A stretch of 42,469 nucleotides of DNA from IMG/VR virus record IMGVR_UViG_2541047705_000011. One strand, 5' to 3'. The first letter of the stretch is position 1. Each line of letters begins with the position of its first letter. The notes below the pieces were generated by a model. It did not search any database, was not told the DNA's origin, and worked only from the letters and a program-made list of their open reading frames with translations. Source of the stretch: a virus. Lineage: Duplodnaviria; Heunggongvirae; Uroviricota; Caudoviricetes. Of this stretch, positions 41,219 to 42,469 are shown piece after piece. The position numbers and the translations under genes were made by a program.

Positions 41219-42469
41219 TTATTCCCCCGCCATCCACTTCTCAAACGTCGACGGGGAGAACGGAATCAGATCCGTATGCTCCCCGTCAATCCATGAATCA
41301 ATCATATCGGCCCACTGCTGCAACATGTAGGCGCGCTGTCTGGCGTATTCCGCTTTGTTATATACGGCGCGCACACCTTTCTGCTCATGTGCCAGAGCCT
41401 TTTCAATCCAGTCTGAAGGATAACCAGCCTCATGCAACAACGTACTGGCTGTACGGCGCATATCATGTACAGTGAAGTCCTGAATATGCTCACCATCTTC
41501 ATTTATTATTTTCACCGTTCTGTCGATCAGAGAGTTCAGCGCGGCATTAGATAATGGCTTCCGGAAATTGTAACGACCAGGAACCAGATATTCACTTCCA
41601 CCAGCGCACATCTGCAACCCGACCAATATATCCTGTGCCTGTTTAGGCAGGTAAATAACGTGCGCCCGGCTTCCCTTCATGCGGTCTGGAGGAATTGTCC
41701 ATGTCCATTTTTTAAAATCTATTTCATCCCACGTTGCATTGGTGAATTCGCCCTTACGAACCATAGTGATAAGCACCAGTTTTAAAGCCATTTTCATAGT
41801 GCCCATAGCACCAATGGCATCCAGCGTGCGGAAGAATAGGCCAATTTCTTCTGGTGTCAGTGTTCGCTCTCGTGGTTTAAATATGGCGATAGACGAAGGT
41901 TTAATGTCAGCCGCAGGATTAAACAAACCATGACCACGGTCATTGGCGTGACGGTATACGCTACTGATGATCTCCCTGGCCTGCACTGCTGTTGCCCGGC
42001 CACCGCGTTCGACAATCCGGTCACACAAATCACGAACCATCGATGTGGTAATTTCAGCCATCATTTTATTGCCAAGAACCGGAAGTATGTCACGGTCGAT
42101 CACCGCCTGTTTCATTGCGCGGGTACTGTCAGCCAGGATGACGTGTTTCATATAACTGTCGGTATGTACCGCAAACGTCTCGGCACCACGAATCTTTTTG
42201 ATACCGTCACGTTTAGCCGCAGCCGGTGACTGGCCTGCTTTAAGCAGCTTCTTTGCAGCAATCAGTTCTTCTCGCGCTTCTGCCAGGCTGATACCGTCAC
42301 GCCCATACTGCCCGATTACCAGTGTTTCGCGGCGACCGTTGATACGGTAGTCATAGCGAAACGAGACCGTGCCTGACGTAAGCACAGCTACATACAGCCC
42401 GTCACGATCGGAGACCTTGTACAGTTTGTCCTGCGGCTTGAGGTTTTTTAATTTTGTATCGGTAAGCAC
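41219..42469 (-). CDS. Tyrosine integrase (P4-like), N-terminus at window edge
   Basis: N-terminal LTDTKLKNLKPQDKLYKVSDRDGLYV; catalytic HDMRRTAST and C-terminal Tyr region; first codon GTG at 42467-42469, true start may lie outside the window. Confidence 0.85.
   Translation of the reverse strand: MLTDTKLKNLKPQDKLYKVSDRDGLYVAVLTSGTVSFRYDYRINGRRETLVIGQYGRDGISLAEAREELIAAKKLLKAGQSPAAAKRDGIKKIRGAETFAVHTDSYMKHVILADSTRAMKQAVIDRDILPVLGNKMMAEITTSMVRDLCDRIVERGGRATAVQAREIISSVYRHANDRGHGLFNPAADIKPSSIAIFKPRERTLTPEEIGLFFRTLDAIGAMGTMKMALKLVLITMVRKGEFTNATWDEIDFKKWTWTIPPDRMKGSRAHVIYLPKQAQDILVGLQMCAGGSEYLVPGRYNFRKPLSNAALNSLIDRTVKIINEDGEHIQDFTVHDMRRTASTLLHEAGYPSDWIEKALAHEQKGVRAVYNKAEYARQRAYMLQQWADMIDSWIDGEHTDLIPFSPSTFEKWMAGE

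Noticed and set aside
1-42469. CRISPR arrays or other long tandem repeat arrays
   Set aside because: No regularly spaced repeat-spacer pattern was seen on reading; the only tandem repeats are the O-gene iterons and short promoter-proximal repeats.

Overview
Almost the whole window is one temperate prophage running from about 1.15 kb to the right edge, where a tyrosine integrase (41219-42469, minus) is cut by the window. Only the left ~1.1 kb (two exported-protein genes and a bidirectional terminator) may be host or lysogenic-conversion DNA. Regulation and replication are lambdoid: a divergent CI-like/Cro-like immunity region, O-like and P-like replication genes with iterons inside O, and a plus-strand early operon with YqaJ exonuclease, RecT and an MT-A70 methyltransferase. 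The virion module is podovirus-like in gene order (terminase, portal, scaffold, capsid, tail-tubular-like and internal virion proteins) and ends in a 1039-aa tailspike that looks like an endosialidase. A lysis cassette (holin, GH19 endolysin, Rz with embedded Rz1) sits at the left prophage end. The most interesting signals are: (1) a 17-bp palindrome ATTACC-N5-GGTAAT found 13 times in intergenic regions, suggesting one repressor controls immunity, early, replication-proximal, tRNA and accessory promoters; (2) a near-consensus LexA box in front of a small gene homologous to the C-terminus of a BRO-type antirepressor, while the CI-like repressor shows no autocleavage domain; (3) three perfect copies of the 12-bp palindrome GTGACATGTCAC at accessory-gene boundaries; (4) an intact IS1 with 9-bp target duplication inside an accessory island of uncharacterised genes. 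All calls rest on reading the sequence and recalled family features; no database search was run.
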